DNA of 64,000 nucleotides from Chrysomallon squamiferum (taxonomy: Eukaryota; Animalia; Mollusca), in contig CM022670.1 of NCBI GenBank assembly GCA_012295275.1, positions 3,038,001 to 3,102,000 of the forward strand, read 5' to 3'. The position numbers and the translations under genes were made by a program. Numbering within the stretch: the stretch's first letter is position 1; each line of letters begins with the position of its first letter. Below are positions 30,829 to 45,036 of the stretch, one piece after another. The notes beneath the pieces are model-generated. The model made no database searches. It was given only the letters and a program-made list of their open reading frames with translations, and was not told the DNA's origin.

Positions 30829-32944
30829 TCCCACACAACACACAGTCATATCTACACAAGCTCGCATGCAGTCATAAACAGACATATACACATAAAACCA
30901 AAGAAAATATAATTCCGATAAAAATAATAATAATAATAATAATAATAAAACAATAACAATAATAACAACTTTTGAAAACATTTACATTTTCCCAATAATA
31001 TGGTCTTAATTTCTATGACCAAATGTACTACGTGCCAGTGAAGTACCAGTACATTTATGACACAAATGCCATACAACGATTCTGAAAAGTAATTATTTCA
31101 CTTTTAGTCCTGATATGTTATCTATGATTTACAACGAGTTTCAGAATACGTGCTTTTTAGCAGGAGTTCAGTTCTTAACACATAAGTGTAACAGTCGAAA
31201 TAGTGTCAGAAAAGGGTTGCTGTAAAACGTGAATGAACAAAATCCTACACAAACGGAGATATACAAACATAGAGTGAGTGACAGCACAAGCAAGATACTG
31301 ACTGTGATAGAGTAATGGAGAGACAGAAAGAGAAAAAGAAAGTGGGTGAGTAAGAGAGAATACGAAATAAAAGGGGAAAAAAAGAAAAAAAAAAAAAAGA
31401 AAGAAAGAAAAAAATACAAGAAGAAAAAAGAACGAGTATTTGTGTATAATAATAAAAATCACCAAATATATTTAGAAAGCTCTTAATTCTTTAGTTCGGT
31501 TCTGAAACTGATTGCATCAAACAGCCTGTCACTAACGCAAATCACATCGCAGTAACACACATGCACATACAGTTTATACATATGTTAGTCATGATGTTTC
31601 TATTTTCAGCTTCTTGTTCCTCTTTATTGGCATTAGTCATCCTCACCTGAGCGCTGGAAATAGCTCTACCTGCATTCTTAGAGCTATTCTGGGATATCCA
31701 CGTGTACCTATATTTTATCTATCTCTACATCAGGCGTCGAAGAAGACGCAGAGAATGGTCCGACGAAAGAAAGAGCAACACTTTCTATTATCAGTTGCAT
31801 CCTTGCCCTGAGATATTGTTACAGAGATAATGGCAGTTTCTATTTAGAGAATCAAACTTTTTCCTGTTCTGTTTTTAGGTTTTTTTCGTCTTGCACTTTC
31901 AGTAATGAAGCTATCAGGAATAAAGAGATATGGGGATAATTAGAAAATTGGGTGGTCTTTATTAGCAGTTCCGTTCGACATGGAAGAACAAAGAGTAACA
32001 ATTTTGTCAAAAATTAAGAAGGCTACGCATTGTTAGTCCCATACTCGATTAAAAAAACAACAAAGAGGTAAAAAAAGACGAAATGAGACAAAATAGTTAG
32101 ACAGACAGACAGACGTATGTATATATATAAATATATGCAGTATGACAGAGGAAAGAAAGTATATATATTATATTTATGTTTCTCCCTGTCGCCCCCACCC
32201 CTTTCCTCTCCCTCTCAGTGTATATGTGTTTCTGTATGTATCATTCCTAGGACATTTTAAAATTATTTTTCAGTTTTGTGTATGATCAAATGTTAATAAA
32301 AGTTTATCAAAATGTCTTTTTCTTTGGCTGTTTCTACATAATTAAACTTCAACGCTACATGCCAAAACCAGAGAAAAACTGTATTAGGAAAAATACCAGA
32401 CGTATTACATAGCATCTGACACAGACGTCTTTAAAATTCCGCTGCTATTCAACCCATAAAATTAAATAATACCTTTGAAATGTTTTTCCTTTATTCATTA
32501 TCTTGATTCTTATACTCAGAAGAAAACTATCTGTGGCTTGTGTTTGCCTACGCATAAAAACAAACACTGATTCATATCCTCGTACAGTGATCTCCATTTT
32601 TCATTGAGCATTAACGTCATAGTTGTTTCCATTGCAAACTGTCCTGAACAACGATGTATCTCCATTATATTTGTCTGCATGTTCTCAAAATGTTTTTTTT
32701 TTTTTCTACATGATGTTTTTTCTTACTCACAGAAATGTAAATGCCTTCAATTAAATGAACGTAGATTTTGACTTTTTTTTGGTGTCGTGATTGTTATGAA
32801 TAATATGCGAGCTTTTGTAGGATTGAGAATTTGGAGAAGTCTTTTTATCTAAAAGGAGGATTGACATGCACCGAGTTGGGTGTTTGCTTAAGAGCACAAA
32901 TAAAATATATTAAGAAAATGCCAAGAGAGGAATTACATACATAC

Positions 32945-32991
<47 letters not shown>

Positions 32992-33076
32992 ATATTTTTT
33001 ATTACTAATATTATAATTTAAATTCCCGTTTAAACGATTAAATAAAAGACTCTTAGTAACCATACATACATACATG

Positions 33077-33109
<33 letters not shown>

Positions 33110-33607
33110 TGTAATTATTATTATTGTTGTTCTAGTTGTATATTGTTGTTGTTGTTGTTGATTGTCTCTGCTTATTTCAGACGGAAACTAGTAAATAAAA
33201 CAATCCTAGAAAATAAATACTGCGCTGAAGGTATACCAAAACGATGCGGACACCATTTTATACAACAGAACTTGGCTTTTCTGATCCTTTGCGACAATTT
33301 TACAGTATGTAACAGGCTTTTTCCAGATTTCTTGAATTATATCAGCGGTGAATAAGAATTCTGAGTTTTTAGATACAATTATGATGTATATGCCTATGCA
33401 TGATGTAGATACAGATACAGATATATATGTGTATATGTGTCTGGGTATGCGTGTGTATGTCTGTATGTGTAGTTTAATCTCCTATAAACTAATTTCCAAA
33501 TTTGAATTTAATATATATACACACGCTCTCAGTCTGAATAAATATATTATAAATCGTTCTTATTTGCGACGTATTTGTTTTCATTATTTATCTGTCATAA
33601 AAATAAA

Positions 33608-33672
<65 letters not shown>

Positions 33673-34184
33673 TAATAATAATATAGGAACCACTTTCTTC
33701 ATTTTATGATCTTTCCCATCAGATTAGCCGCAAGGGATATTTTTATAAGTAAGCTCAGCAATACTTTTATAAACTCATTGTGAATCTTTGGCTGAAACAG
33801 AAAAAAGGTGAATTGATCTTGCCTTATATAAGGACTTGTGCGAGTATTCTAACCACTAGACACCTAGTCAATAAACTAGTCAATAAACTAGTCAGGGACA
33901 AATACAAGTTTATACATCTAAGCATCCGGCAGATGAGAGATGCTCTAAACCTTTCTGTCGCTATTGCGGTCTTTCTATGAGCTGGAACAGACCTCATAGG
34001 AGATTTCTTTCGTTGTTTTTTATTGGTCATTTCTGGGCTGTATGTACCATGAATAAGTTATGAATCATTGCTTTGAATTATTGAAGATGTGTTTTATTTT
34101 ATTTATAAATTAATTATCCCAGACAGTTTCTTTCATGGGTGGAAACTTTATTATTCATCAGTGATTGCCGGTTGTTTTAAAATA

Positions 34185-34523
<339 letters not shown>

Positions 34524-34760
34524 GAAAAGCAGATAGAATAGATAGAGCAGACAGACTTGTCAACTGACTGATCGATTTATAGAATGGACGGACAGATGGA
34601 CGGATAGATGGAACTAGAAAGCTAAAGAGTGATGGCAGATAGAAAATGCATAAAACACTTGTATGATTCTATCTATACAGAAATATATTCTTATATCGTA
34701 CAACTTCCTGCGTATGTACTTCACACAACAAAACAACTATTTTATTTATATAAAAATATT

Positions 34761-34766
34761 TTTATT
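34761..34766 (-). terminator. Candidate polyadenylation signal of PH gene 1 (~1.3-kb 3'UTR)
   Basis: AATAAA on minus (a second at 34741-34746) at the end of a repeat-poor AT-rich tract below the stop codon. Confidence 0.35.
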
Positions 34767-36066
34767 TGTTATGTTCTGTAATATACATTTTCAAAAGGAA
34801 ACAAACACACAAAATGTTCATCAAGAAATGGACAGGATATAAATACAGTAGATAAAAAATAACTTTTCAGTCCTGGATATTGAATACAGAGTTAGTAGAC
34901 ACAATCAGTTCTGATTAACAAACATTAGGAATGCATATTTAGCGTTAGTCAACGAAAAAGGGGAAATTCTAAATATTATTTATTTTAAAAAAAAAGTATT
35001 TATTACAACAGAATCATAGTCTATCTAAAAGACGAAGAAAAAAGTAGTTGTATGAATAGCATAAATGATTTTACATTTTCTCATTATTTTCGTAAGTTTT
35101 AAATAAAACAAGTATTTTAGATTATTTCACGTTAAAAGAGACTTTATTTGATAACTTAATAATAACTGAAATGTTTTACCTTACATTTTATGGATAATAT
35201 ATAATTACAAAACTATGTGGTCATTACTTACTGATCGCTCTAATATCTGAAAACAGGTTAATGAACCAGTATAAATGCAAATCCTACCTCTCCATAACAA
35301 TTTATCACAGAGGATGTGAGCGATTATAACAAATTTCTGTTAGTTTATCACAATGACAGTTTTTTTTTTGTGTGTGTGTGTGCAAAATAACTATAACTGT
35401 TTTAATAATTCTGTAAACAATAACGACATAGAAGAGGTTTTTACAAATGGATATTTCTTCAAATGTTTTCGAAAACATTTTCCAGCGAATTTTATTAGTT
35501 TTAATTTGACAGTCTGTAATATAAAACTGGCAGAAATGTCTTAAATTACTGTTGAATTTGTAATCTAATTTCTTGTAACAGTTTGTGATTTCTTATGACG
35601 TTTTCCAAATCAAAACAGTTAGTCCTGAATCTCAGTTACTTCTCGTTTGGATCTTATTACGCTTGAAGATGATTCAGAACCAAATATTAAATGAACAATT
35701 GTCTGTGTTAGAGATGACTAAAGATTTTTTGTTCACAACAATGTTGTTCTAACGTTCTTCTTCATATCAAATAAACATTTGGAAGACCATCATTGCCAAA
35801 ACTGACAATTAAGTCTTTTGAAACAACAAGTTCATTTCACTGAATTGTTTTATAACAAATTAGATCATTGTCACGATCACCTGTTCGCAAAAATGTCTCA
35901 TAGAATAAAGATTTCACGTTGACAAAGGGCCTCGTCATCTTGCTTTCTTTTCCCCATAATTCAAAAGTCTGCTTGAGTCTTCTGTTTTATCACAGCCTTG
36001 AATGATCTTCAAATCCAAAAAATAGATATTTCTCTTGTAAATGTTCATCTTGACACAGTCGTACTT

Positions 36067-36546
36067 TCACTCCTCTTCTGATTCTACCAGCGTCTGAAGG
36101 TTTGATAGTTTTCGGTGTGGAGAGGACAGAACTGGCGAGGACATTTGTTTCGGTGATCCTGCTGGACAGTCGCTTTCCAAAGCTTTCACCCAGCCGGACA
36201 TCTCGTCTCTGTTTGCTGTGTCCAGAACTATCGTCATGCCTTCCAGGTCGTTGGAGACGATTTTGATTTCGGTGTCCGTGTTGCTGGTTTTGTGGAAAAG
36301 GAACGAGTTTCGCAGATTCAGGTACGTGCATTTCGAACAAATTTTGTTCTCGCTCACCACAGCGTAATGTTCGAAAGAATTTCTGTAAACCTGAACATGA
36401 ACTGGAAGTCGAAATGTTTTTCGATTCACCGTCTGGACGAGAAATAAATTTCCCGATTTTATTTTATTTCCATCGGAACGTTTCCTTGGAAAAGCCTGAA
36501 TGCTTGACAGCTGATTGTGATCTTCAATGATTTGTACTTGCCTCAT
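36067..36546 (-). CDS. PH-fold protein 1 (159 aa), uninterrupted CDS, with SP cluster and LxxLxE acidic tail
   Basis: ATG at 36546 in acaaaATG context (the ORF track's 36585 start is non-ATG); PH beta1-like IKSGNLFL and C-terminal helix TANRDEMSGWVKAL with the conserved Trp; 16/20 identity to the paralog over RLPVHVQVYRNSFEHYAVVS. Confidence 0.88.
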   Translation of the reverse strand: MRQVQIIEDHNQLSSIQAFPRKRSDGNKIKSGNLFLVQTVNRKTFRLPVHVQVYRNSFEHYAVVSENKICSKCTYLNLRNSFLFHKTSNTDTEIKIVSNDLEGMTIVLDTANRDEMSGWVKALESDCPAGSPKQMSSPVLSSPHRKLSNLQTLVESEEE

Positions 36547-36801
36547 TTTGTCGCTGACTTCTTTTTCACACGTTTCAAAAAACAAAACAAAAAACCCAAT
36601 AAATCTCCTTTAATCAAATCTTCTTTTAGTTCTTCTCAACAAATTCAGAATTTCTTCACTTTTTCAGCTTCACTTAAATTTACAATAAAGTCACAATGGA
36701 ATAAAACTGGACTCACGCCGTTACAGATTACAGTTGTTTGTTTCAAAGCGTCTGCTGCTCAGCTGGTGCGTTCGTAAGCTGTAGAGATTTCTATCGTCTG
36801 C

Positions 36802-36911
36802 TACTGACCGCGCCAGCACGGCTATTTATATACACTGCTGACGTTTGATTGGCTGGCTCTCAGTGGCTTGGAAAATGTGCCTCGCTCACAGAAGCACTTC
36901 CCTGTAAACAA
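36802..36911 (-). promoter_or_regulatory. Core promoter of PH gene 1
   Basis: TATATAAATA at 36832-36823, Inr-like TCAGT at 36807-36803, TGACGT at 36839-36844, CCAAT at 36852-36848, forkhead GTAAACAA at 36904-36911; the ~255-nt leader contains no ATG. Confidence 0.7.
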
Positions 36912-37648
36912 GACTCTTCTTCGATAATCGGATAAAATAAAATTATTTCGTCTCAGAGATCTTCGCCAATGTTGATCTGATATTCGAATTCAGTTCACTT
37001 TCCTCGTAACGTTATACGTCATTTTCTGGCAATAAACGAAACAAAAACAAAAATACTTAGGGAATCGAATTAAGGTTGTTTTGTTGGGCTATCTAGTACG
37101 TATTTTAGGAAAACATACATGTTATTATTGATTACAGATTTTATAATGTGTAGTCGTATAAAAAAAAATATATATGTTATCAAGTTCGACAGAAGACAGT
37201 AAATAAACATTTGTAATACCAAATGTTAAGAAAGAAAATATAAATACGGTGAATAACTAAATAATGTTTAAGAGAATAGTTTAACACATGTTTCCAATCT
37301 TAAACAAATAAGTAGAAAATCCTGTGGGGAAAAAAATAGTAAAAAGAAAAATAATAAAATCTTGGTACATCGATCGTTAGCGTTTCACAAATAAGTAACG
37401 ATATAGAATGGAAAACCAAAGGTAGTTTAGTAATCAGGGAATCAGTCGATGTATCTAACAGTTTTAAAATCGTATTTAACTATGTTCCTATAAAGGACAT
37501 TAAGCTTTTCGTAACCCGTGATTTTTGATTTGGTATTAACATAAATGTCAGAATTTTCTGACGGTGAAATTTGAGTTAGAAAAAAAAAAAGAAGAAGAAG
37601 AAAAAGAACGATAAAAGAGAAAGAGACAGACAGGTGGAAAAACTGATG

Positions 37649-37748
<100 letters not shown>

Positions 37749-39146
37749 TAAAACAACGACATATTTTGGTCTTTGTTCCCATACACCTATTTTTTTTCAT
37801 GGGATTTTCTACCTGTTATTAAATACATATATTAAATTATTTGTTTTCTTGAAGATTATTTTCTACTTCTACAACTGCTAACACTGCTCTGTTATAACAA
37901 CAACTATCACTATACCACAAACTGACAGGTAAATACAAAAAAAAAAAGATAACTTTGTTATATGTCTATTCCAGTAATATAAAACTGTGATTCATAACTA
38001 TCTTCAGTTTTTGTTTGTAACAAATTTTTCTACAGGAATAACTGAATCTACAAAGCCAGAGGAAACAGGCTAAGTTCGCTTTCATTCCGTATTACAATTA
38101 TTTTTATTTTTTATCTTATAGTTCAACTGATTCTTGTATTGCTCTTCTCTTATTTCTACAACGCTGCCACAACTGTCTACCACTGCCACTTGTACGATTA
38201 CGACTACGACTACGACTAAGACTACCATTACAACTATTGTTGCTACTACGACAACCATTATAACTACTGTAACTTCTGTTACTATTCTACTGCTACTACA
38301 ACTACTATGTAATACTTCTGAAATAATTTATATATTACCATCATCGTAAATTTAAATTTTGAATTGCTTGTTCTGTTATATTGTAATTCTTTATTCACAT
38401 TTTGCTTTTTATTATGAATTGTTAATATTGTTATTGCTGCTGTTGTTGTTGTTACAAGTAGTAGTAGTTGTTGTTGTTGTAGATAAATGAATGAACATCG
38501 TTATTGTTTTTTTCATTCCTAATGACTAAAATATAAATAATACTTTATTTTTATTTACGACAAACAAAACTGAACCCATATCGTCACCCGCAAAACAAAT
38601 GAGACTGCGTAACAGGCTTTAATTACAACGACGAGAACATTCGAGAAATAGCTGAACACGAAAACACCTCCATTGCAAACAGTTTTCGGATGAACTGAAA
38701 ACGGAAGCCAAATCAGCAAACATTTATCGATTAGGCCTCATTTCAATGTCACGTTAAATGGGTTGCGTAAGCGAAGATATTAACACACTATTTTGGCCAT
38801 TTCTTGTTGTCATTCCAGTTTATGCAGACACATTTTCAAATTGTTTTAATTAACTTTTGTCACTGCACCGAACAAATGAATGGCTAATAAAACCCTGGTT
38901 TTCTGCAGATAGTGTGAGAAAGCTGGTGTTGACTGATTAAAAATTAAAAGGTTTTAATTTTTCTTTTATTATTATTTTCCGTCTTTATTTTCCTTTTAGT
39001 ATTGTTGTTATTATTAATGTGTAATATAATTTAAAATTATTAAAATAAAAAGGAAGGATAATATATATACATACAAATAAAAAAGAGAGATCGCGACAGC
39101 AAAAAATGTGTAAGTCTGCGAAAAGGAGAGATAAAAAAATAAGAAA

Positions 39147-39199
<53 letters not shown>

Positions 39200-39774
39200 A
39201 AAAAGAACAAGAAAAAGTCAAGAAAACTAAATAATGTGGGAATGAGAGAAAGAAAGAATGAATGAAAGAGTATATTTAACAAAGAATTAGACGAATAATA
39301 ATTTTAAAAAAAATAATCAAAAAGAAAAACTGCTACAAAATAGAGAAAACAGGAACAAAGAACGACACAGAATGAAAGAATCAAAACGTGGATGGGAAAT
39401 CTATTTAATCACAGACATAAAGAATGAATAATAAATAATTTAGAACAATAAAACACAGAAGGTCAGAGGCGGAATGTCAGGAGAGAGAAAAGAGCGAAGG
39501 TAAGAAATTCCATTGCATCTGTGTTAATGTGGCAATAAAACTGATAATAAAGTTCTTCAATGCAAGCTGGTGGTTGTAAAATCTACAGTTTATTAAGAAA
39601 GTCGATAGAGATCACTCAGTTTAATCAACAGCAAAGATTAATTTTCTCCCAAACAAAATGGAAAGAATAAAGATATAATTTTATCTTGATCTTTGATAAC
39701 ACGGTCAAAGAAACTGATAGCATGAGACAGTGACGTCAGTCGATCACAAAACCTACTCAGACCGCAGACAATTG

Positions 39775-39940
39775 GGCGAGTGAATGGATGGATGAGTGAA
39801 TGCTTGCGATTGAGGATGAGCGAGTGAATAGTTAGTGAGCCACAAAGTGAATGAGGAATTAGCAGTCAACAGAATAATCGGATTAGTGGAAGAGTGAATT
39901 CCTGAATGAGAGTCAGTGAATGGCTGATAAGCGAGTAGGT
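39775..39940. repeat. Degenerate (GAGTGAAT)-like low-complexity repeat
   Basis: Recurrent gagtgaat/agtgaat units; similar tract at ~40258-40354. Confidence 0.5.
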
Positions 39941-41030
39941 TAACTCATTATCTTTTGAAAGAAATAGCTATATACCATATTACTATACACTTAGACCAAA
40001 TGCAAGAACATTTCAACGCTTAGGCTTATTTTCTACAACAACAACAAAAAAATCATTTATGTATAAACTTTCCCTATTTTTACAAATTATTATTGAGAGA
40101 GTCAGTCTTCTGGGTCAAATAATAATTAATATGTTTTGTACCATTACAGAAAATACTGTTTAATTATGTTTTGTTTATATGTTCTCAACACTGAACGCGA
40201 TGCAGTCTTTAGAGAAATAAACCTCTTGTGTTGTGTTGTGTTGAAGTTAACAAACAAGCGAGTAAAGAGGGCAGAGGATCAGTGGGTGATTTTGTGTGAG
40301 TGAGCTGAAAGTGTGAGTACATAGCTGAACGATCCAGCAAGTGAAAAGTGAATGTTTAGATTATGTGTAAGCAAGGGAATAGTAAAGTAATTTGGGAGTG
40401 AATGGGTGAACAGGAACTAACGAAAACAACCAATGAATATTCTTCTGTAAAATAGAAAAAGAAAAAAAAAAAACAAAACAGAAAGTGATAACAGAAAGAC
40501 TGATGGGCGTAGATTATAAAACGGAAACAAAAACAGATGAAAATGTCTAACACTGGCTAATTCCATTACAAAAAATCGCTTTTTCATAAGATGATATATT
40601 AAAAAAATTAAATAAAAACACCTACTGACTTCGTACCTCAGTACGTTAATATACATCTACCACCGATCATAATACATATTGTTTTCAAAAACAAAACTAA
40701 TGTTGATAAGTGCGGTAGGTCTACACATATTAAACTGACTCACAATGTACTCAAAGACACGGTACCGTTATTCGGTGCAGTTCTGGAAATCGCGCCCTTC
40801 GTTTTCCAAGAACTGCCCTTCTGAAATAAGTTATCGCGAAATACAAATTATATTACGGCAGTTGGCACTCTGATAGGCTCGCACGTGTTATCACTGAGAT
40901 ATTATACAATGGTGTTTACCTAAGGTCTACGTGTTGCTGATAACATCTGAGCTAAATGGTAAAGGAACATCGAGTGCGAAAAAAGTAAAAGTTAGTTATA
41001 CAGGTATTCCATGTAATTGAATTGAACATC

Positions 41031-41191
41031 TTCAGCGAGATTACAGAGATATGTACATAAGAGGGAAAAGTGAACAAGTTGAGTACACATATTTTTATGC
41101 ATATTACAGGTTTGTATATACATTTATATATATATATATATGTACTAAACTTGTTCACCTTTCCCTCTTAAGCATCTTTCATCTCGTTGAA
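41031..41191. repeat. 161-bp foldback with ~50-bp imperfect arms around a (TA)n-containing loop
   Basis: ttcagcgagat..taagagggaaaagtgaacaagttgagtaca vs tgtactaaacttgttcacctttccctctta..atctcgttgaa. Confidence 0.9.
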
Positions 41192-41683
41192 TATATACAT
41201 ATATAAATACATACGTACACGTACTGTCAAACAAACATATATATAATAGATGAAGAAGTCGAAAACAAAAGCTAATAATAACTTTGTATTTCTGTTCCAG
41301 TGTGATGAAAATATTATTCATAACTATCTTCGAATTCCAGTCTTTTCATTATAACAATTTTTTTTACACAGTTGTTGCTAGGCCAGTAAATCCACAAAAG
41401 CAAAAGAAACTGATCTGCTACAACTACGATAACAACATCTGTTCCTGCTACTACTACTATAACAGTCGTAGTAGCAGTAGTAATAATAGCAGTAGTAGTA
41501 ATACTTGTAGTAGTAGCAGCAGGAGAAACAACTGCAGTAAGAATTGTAATAGTATTTGTACTGTTGTTGTTGGATTATTGCTATTTTGGATGTTGTTTTT
41601 GGATGTTGTCGTTGTTTTTGTTGTTGTTATGTTATTGTGGCAGTTGTTTGAAACATAATGTTTCTCTCTTTCTTTCTTATTTA

Positions 41684-41847
41684 TTTATTTATTATTATTA
41701 TTATTATTATAATTTTTATTTATGTCTGCTCTGAGTTTCAATTTCAATTTTCTTTCTTTTATTTAATTTTTTTATGTCTATTATTTATTTATTATTATTA
41801 TAATTTTTATTTATGTCTGCTATGTGTTTCAATTTTAATTTTCTTTC
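41684..41847. repeat. ~65-bp direct duplication
   Basis: ttataatttttatttatgtctgct(c/a)tg(a/t)gtttcaattt(c/t)aattttctttc occurs twice. Confidence 0.85.
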
Positions 41848-41863
41848 ATTTCTTTCATTTTTT

Positions 41864-41894
<31 letters not shown>

Positions 41895-42894
41895 CTTTTT
41901 TGTTCTGATATTTGAAAATATAACAATTATATTAAACCTAACTGTTATTTCTTTTTACGAAGTATGCTAAAACTGAGAATACGTAATGCCTGTGGCATTT
42001 CTTGGAAGCATGCTTAAATGTTTTCTTAGTGTTTTACAAAGCTTGCAAACATTTTCTACACACTTTGGACATTCTTTACAACGGAGTCATATGTTTGCAA
42101 TATACGATGTGGAAGCTATAATGTTTGCATAACGCGGGAACAAAGCAGACGACAGTTTGCGGCCTTCATATAAACCAATGCCGTACGATAATTTACATAT
42201 TCAACAGTGCAGACGTGTGCATGGCAAATATTCAGATTTGTAAAGCTTTGCCTTAAGACAAGAAATGCTTGAAAAAATTAACCGCAGAATAAGTTATCTG
42301 GGAATATTCTTTTATTTGTTTTCTGCATTATCGTCATATTCATGTCAATTGCTAAGATCCGCAGTTGATTGTCATGTGACCTTGCACGCGCATTGACACA
42401 GTACTTAGACTGGCTTCAGCTGACTTAGTCATTTTTGAACAAAAAGAAGGGAAAAAATACAAAAGAGAAAAATTGTAAAAAAAAAATTAAATAAATATTT
42501 TCATTTTTTTTCGTCATTGTTTATTCTTTTTCTTTTCTTTTTTCCCCCTTTTTTCTTTTATTCATTCGATTTTTTTTTTTTTTAATTTTTTTTTAAACAT
42601 TCTTCCTTAATTTGGCTAAGCTAATCCCATTTCTTTATTTTATTAAAAACTCTTCCGAAATCTCCAAAACAAAAAAAATATCCTTGTTAATATTTCAAGC
42701 AACCGAAAGAACATAATTAAATCAAAAATATTTTTTTATTCTTTTATTATTCTTTCTCTAATCTGAAAATATTATACTTTATCCTCAACCGAATCAAAAA
42801 TGCCGGATTGTTTTAATTTTGTATTCAGAGTAATTACTTGTACGAAGACGAAAAGAAAAAGAAAAAAAAAAAGAGCTACCAAGATAACTGCTGA

Positions 42895-42928
<34 letters not shown>

Positions 42929-43499
42929 GTTGTTGTGTTGTTGTTGTTGTTGTTGTTGCTGAAAATATTATTATTATTTATTATTATTATCGGCCGAATG
43001 TAACAAGATAGAACCAAAATACCTAGCACTATGATATGACAGGTATATTTATTTTCTGTTCCTATGTTCCATGGCATTGTCAGACTGAAGGAAAACTGTA
43101 GAAAACTAATTAAGAATCATCACTAGTGTTAGTCATTGTTGTAACAGTAGTAATATTAGTACAAGCTATATAAACTGTATTAGTAGTACTGTGGTTGTAA
43201 TCGCAGCAGTATTTGTTGCGACTGTCTATAAATGTAATGGTTTATGAAGCACACACAAAGTATTGACTTAATACCACTTGTTCATATGTGATCCACTAGC
43301 TGTATTTTTTTGTTTTTTTCTCATTTCAATTTTATTGTTTTAATTTTTCCTGAGGGCAAGGATCTTTATACATCCATAAACAAGTTTTATATTTAAATAT
43401 ATATATATATATAAACCACATATATACACATACATACATGCAAACAAACAAACACAAAATACATAATTAAGTATATTTTTTAATTATGTGCTCGACTCT

Positions 43500-43604
43500 T
43501 CTCTTGTAGATTATCATTATTCAGGATCAATCCTCCACATCCCACTGATTGGATCAAATTCAGTATCTACCAGAACTCATCAAAAACTTCTTCATCAGAA
43601 TCCG

Positions 43605-43637
<33 letters not shown>

Positions 43638-43788
43638 CTGTCTGTAGGAAGGTACTATACAGTTTTACTTGCCGCTAATGGAAAAAAGTAGCTCATCGTG
43701 TTAGAACAACTTACTTCGTGTTGGCTTTATGATGGCTTTACCCATGTATTATACCCACCAAAAATATACTGAGTGCGTCGCTAAATAA
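43500..43788 (+). mobile_element. Degenerate SINE copy
   Basis: B-box-like ggatcaatcc (~43524), ctgtctgtaggaagg..cttgccgctaatggaaaaaagtagc and tail tgagtgcgtcgctaaataa match a gastropod SINE recalled from memory. Confidence 0.5.
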
Positions 43789-44957
43789 TTATAATTAAAA
43801 AAAAATCTTTTCATTTCTTCTTTCTTCTTTTTGTTATTGTCCTAAAACTAAACAAAGCTTTAAAATAAGATAATAATGAGGAAAAAACAAAAAACAAAAG
43901 ACTTCCTGTTCCAAGTTACCTGACCGTCAGTAATGCTTACAACGTCTTTGCAGTGTTGTAATAGGAATGCCACTGTTAACGTAATTTTCGATTTGTTTCG
44001 TAATAGGACACACCAGAAATTACCCGGATGTCTTTCTTATTTGCTTCTTAGCTAATCTAAACGTTTACCGTTAGATATAAGATGTTTAGAATTAATTTCG
44101 TTTAAACAAACTTCCTTTATTGATGTCTTTAAATATATTTAAAAATAATTGAAAAAATAAAATAAATAAAATAAAATAAAATACATAAATAAAATAAAAT
44201 AAAATAGCAATGAAATCGTATTAACAGTAAAAACAGAAACACCAACAATAATAAAAGTAACAGCAGAAATAAATGTGTTTTTTTCAATAATATTAATAAA
44301 TAATAACAGCAATAACAACAACAGCAATAACAACAATAGTAAAAATGACAACAATAATAAATACAACATTAACAGTAATAATGACAATAAAACAATCCAT
44401 AATTTCAATATTCTTCCATCTCAAACTATTTGAATATTTTTTTATTTATTTTTCCTTTTTTTCCTTTTTTTCCTTTTTTTTTTTTTATAGCTGGATAAAA
44501 AGATTTGCTACAAATATACTATACATATTGATGTTGTTACACTTCACATTTGTATTTATTTATTTATTTATTTATTTATTTATGTTGCTTGTTGGTTTTA
44601 TTTATATTTTTATTTGCATGTATTTATCATTATTATTATTTTATTTCTTTGCTTGTTTATCTATTACCATTGCGCAGATATATCATTATCGCTCTGATTG
44701 TTGTGATTGCTTCTATTTTAACGTCGAGGTATACGTAGTAATACGCACTAGAAAACCTACAACATATTTTTAACAGAAATGGAAATAGACTGGTTAACTG
44801 AGTCGATAAAGAAATAAAGAAAAAGTCATAAACTGGAAATCAAACAAAATATTTATTTTTCTCTGTTATATGTTCTGTGGCGATTTTTTTTATTATTATT
44901 ATTATTTTTTTTTTGACGTCTAATTTTTTTTCACATATTACGACATGAATAAAATAA

Positions 44958-45036
<79 letters not shown>

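Noticed and set aside
34770-36060. AU-rich (ATTTA) instability elements in the PH gene 1 3'UTR
   Set aside because: Scattered pentamers are expected by chance at this AT content
35990-36340. 116-aa alternative-frame ORF over PH gene 1
   Set aside because: Shadow frame with a non-ATG start; paralog conservation is in the other frame
36547-36585. N-terminal extension MFFETCEKEVSDK from the ORF track
   Set aside because: Begins at a non-ATG codon; the ATG at 36546 has good context and matches the paralog start (MRQV vs MRHL)
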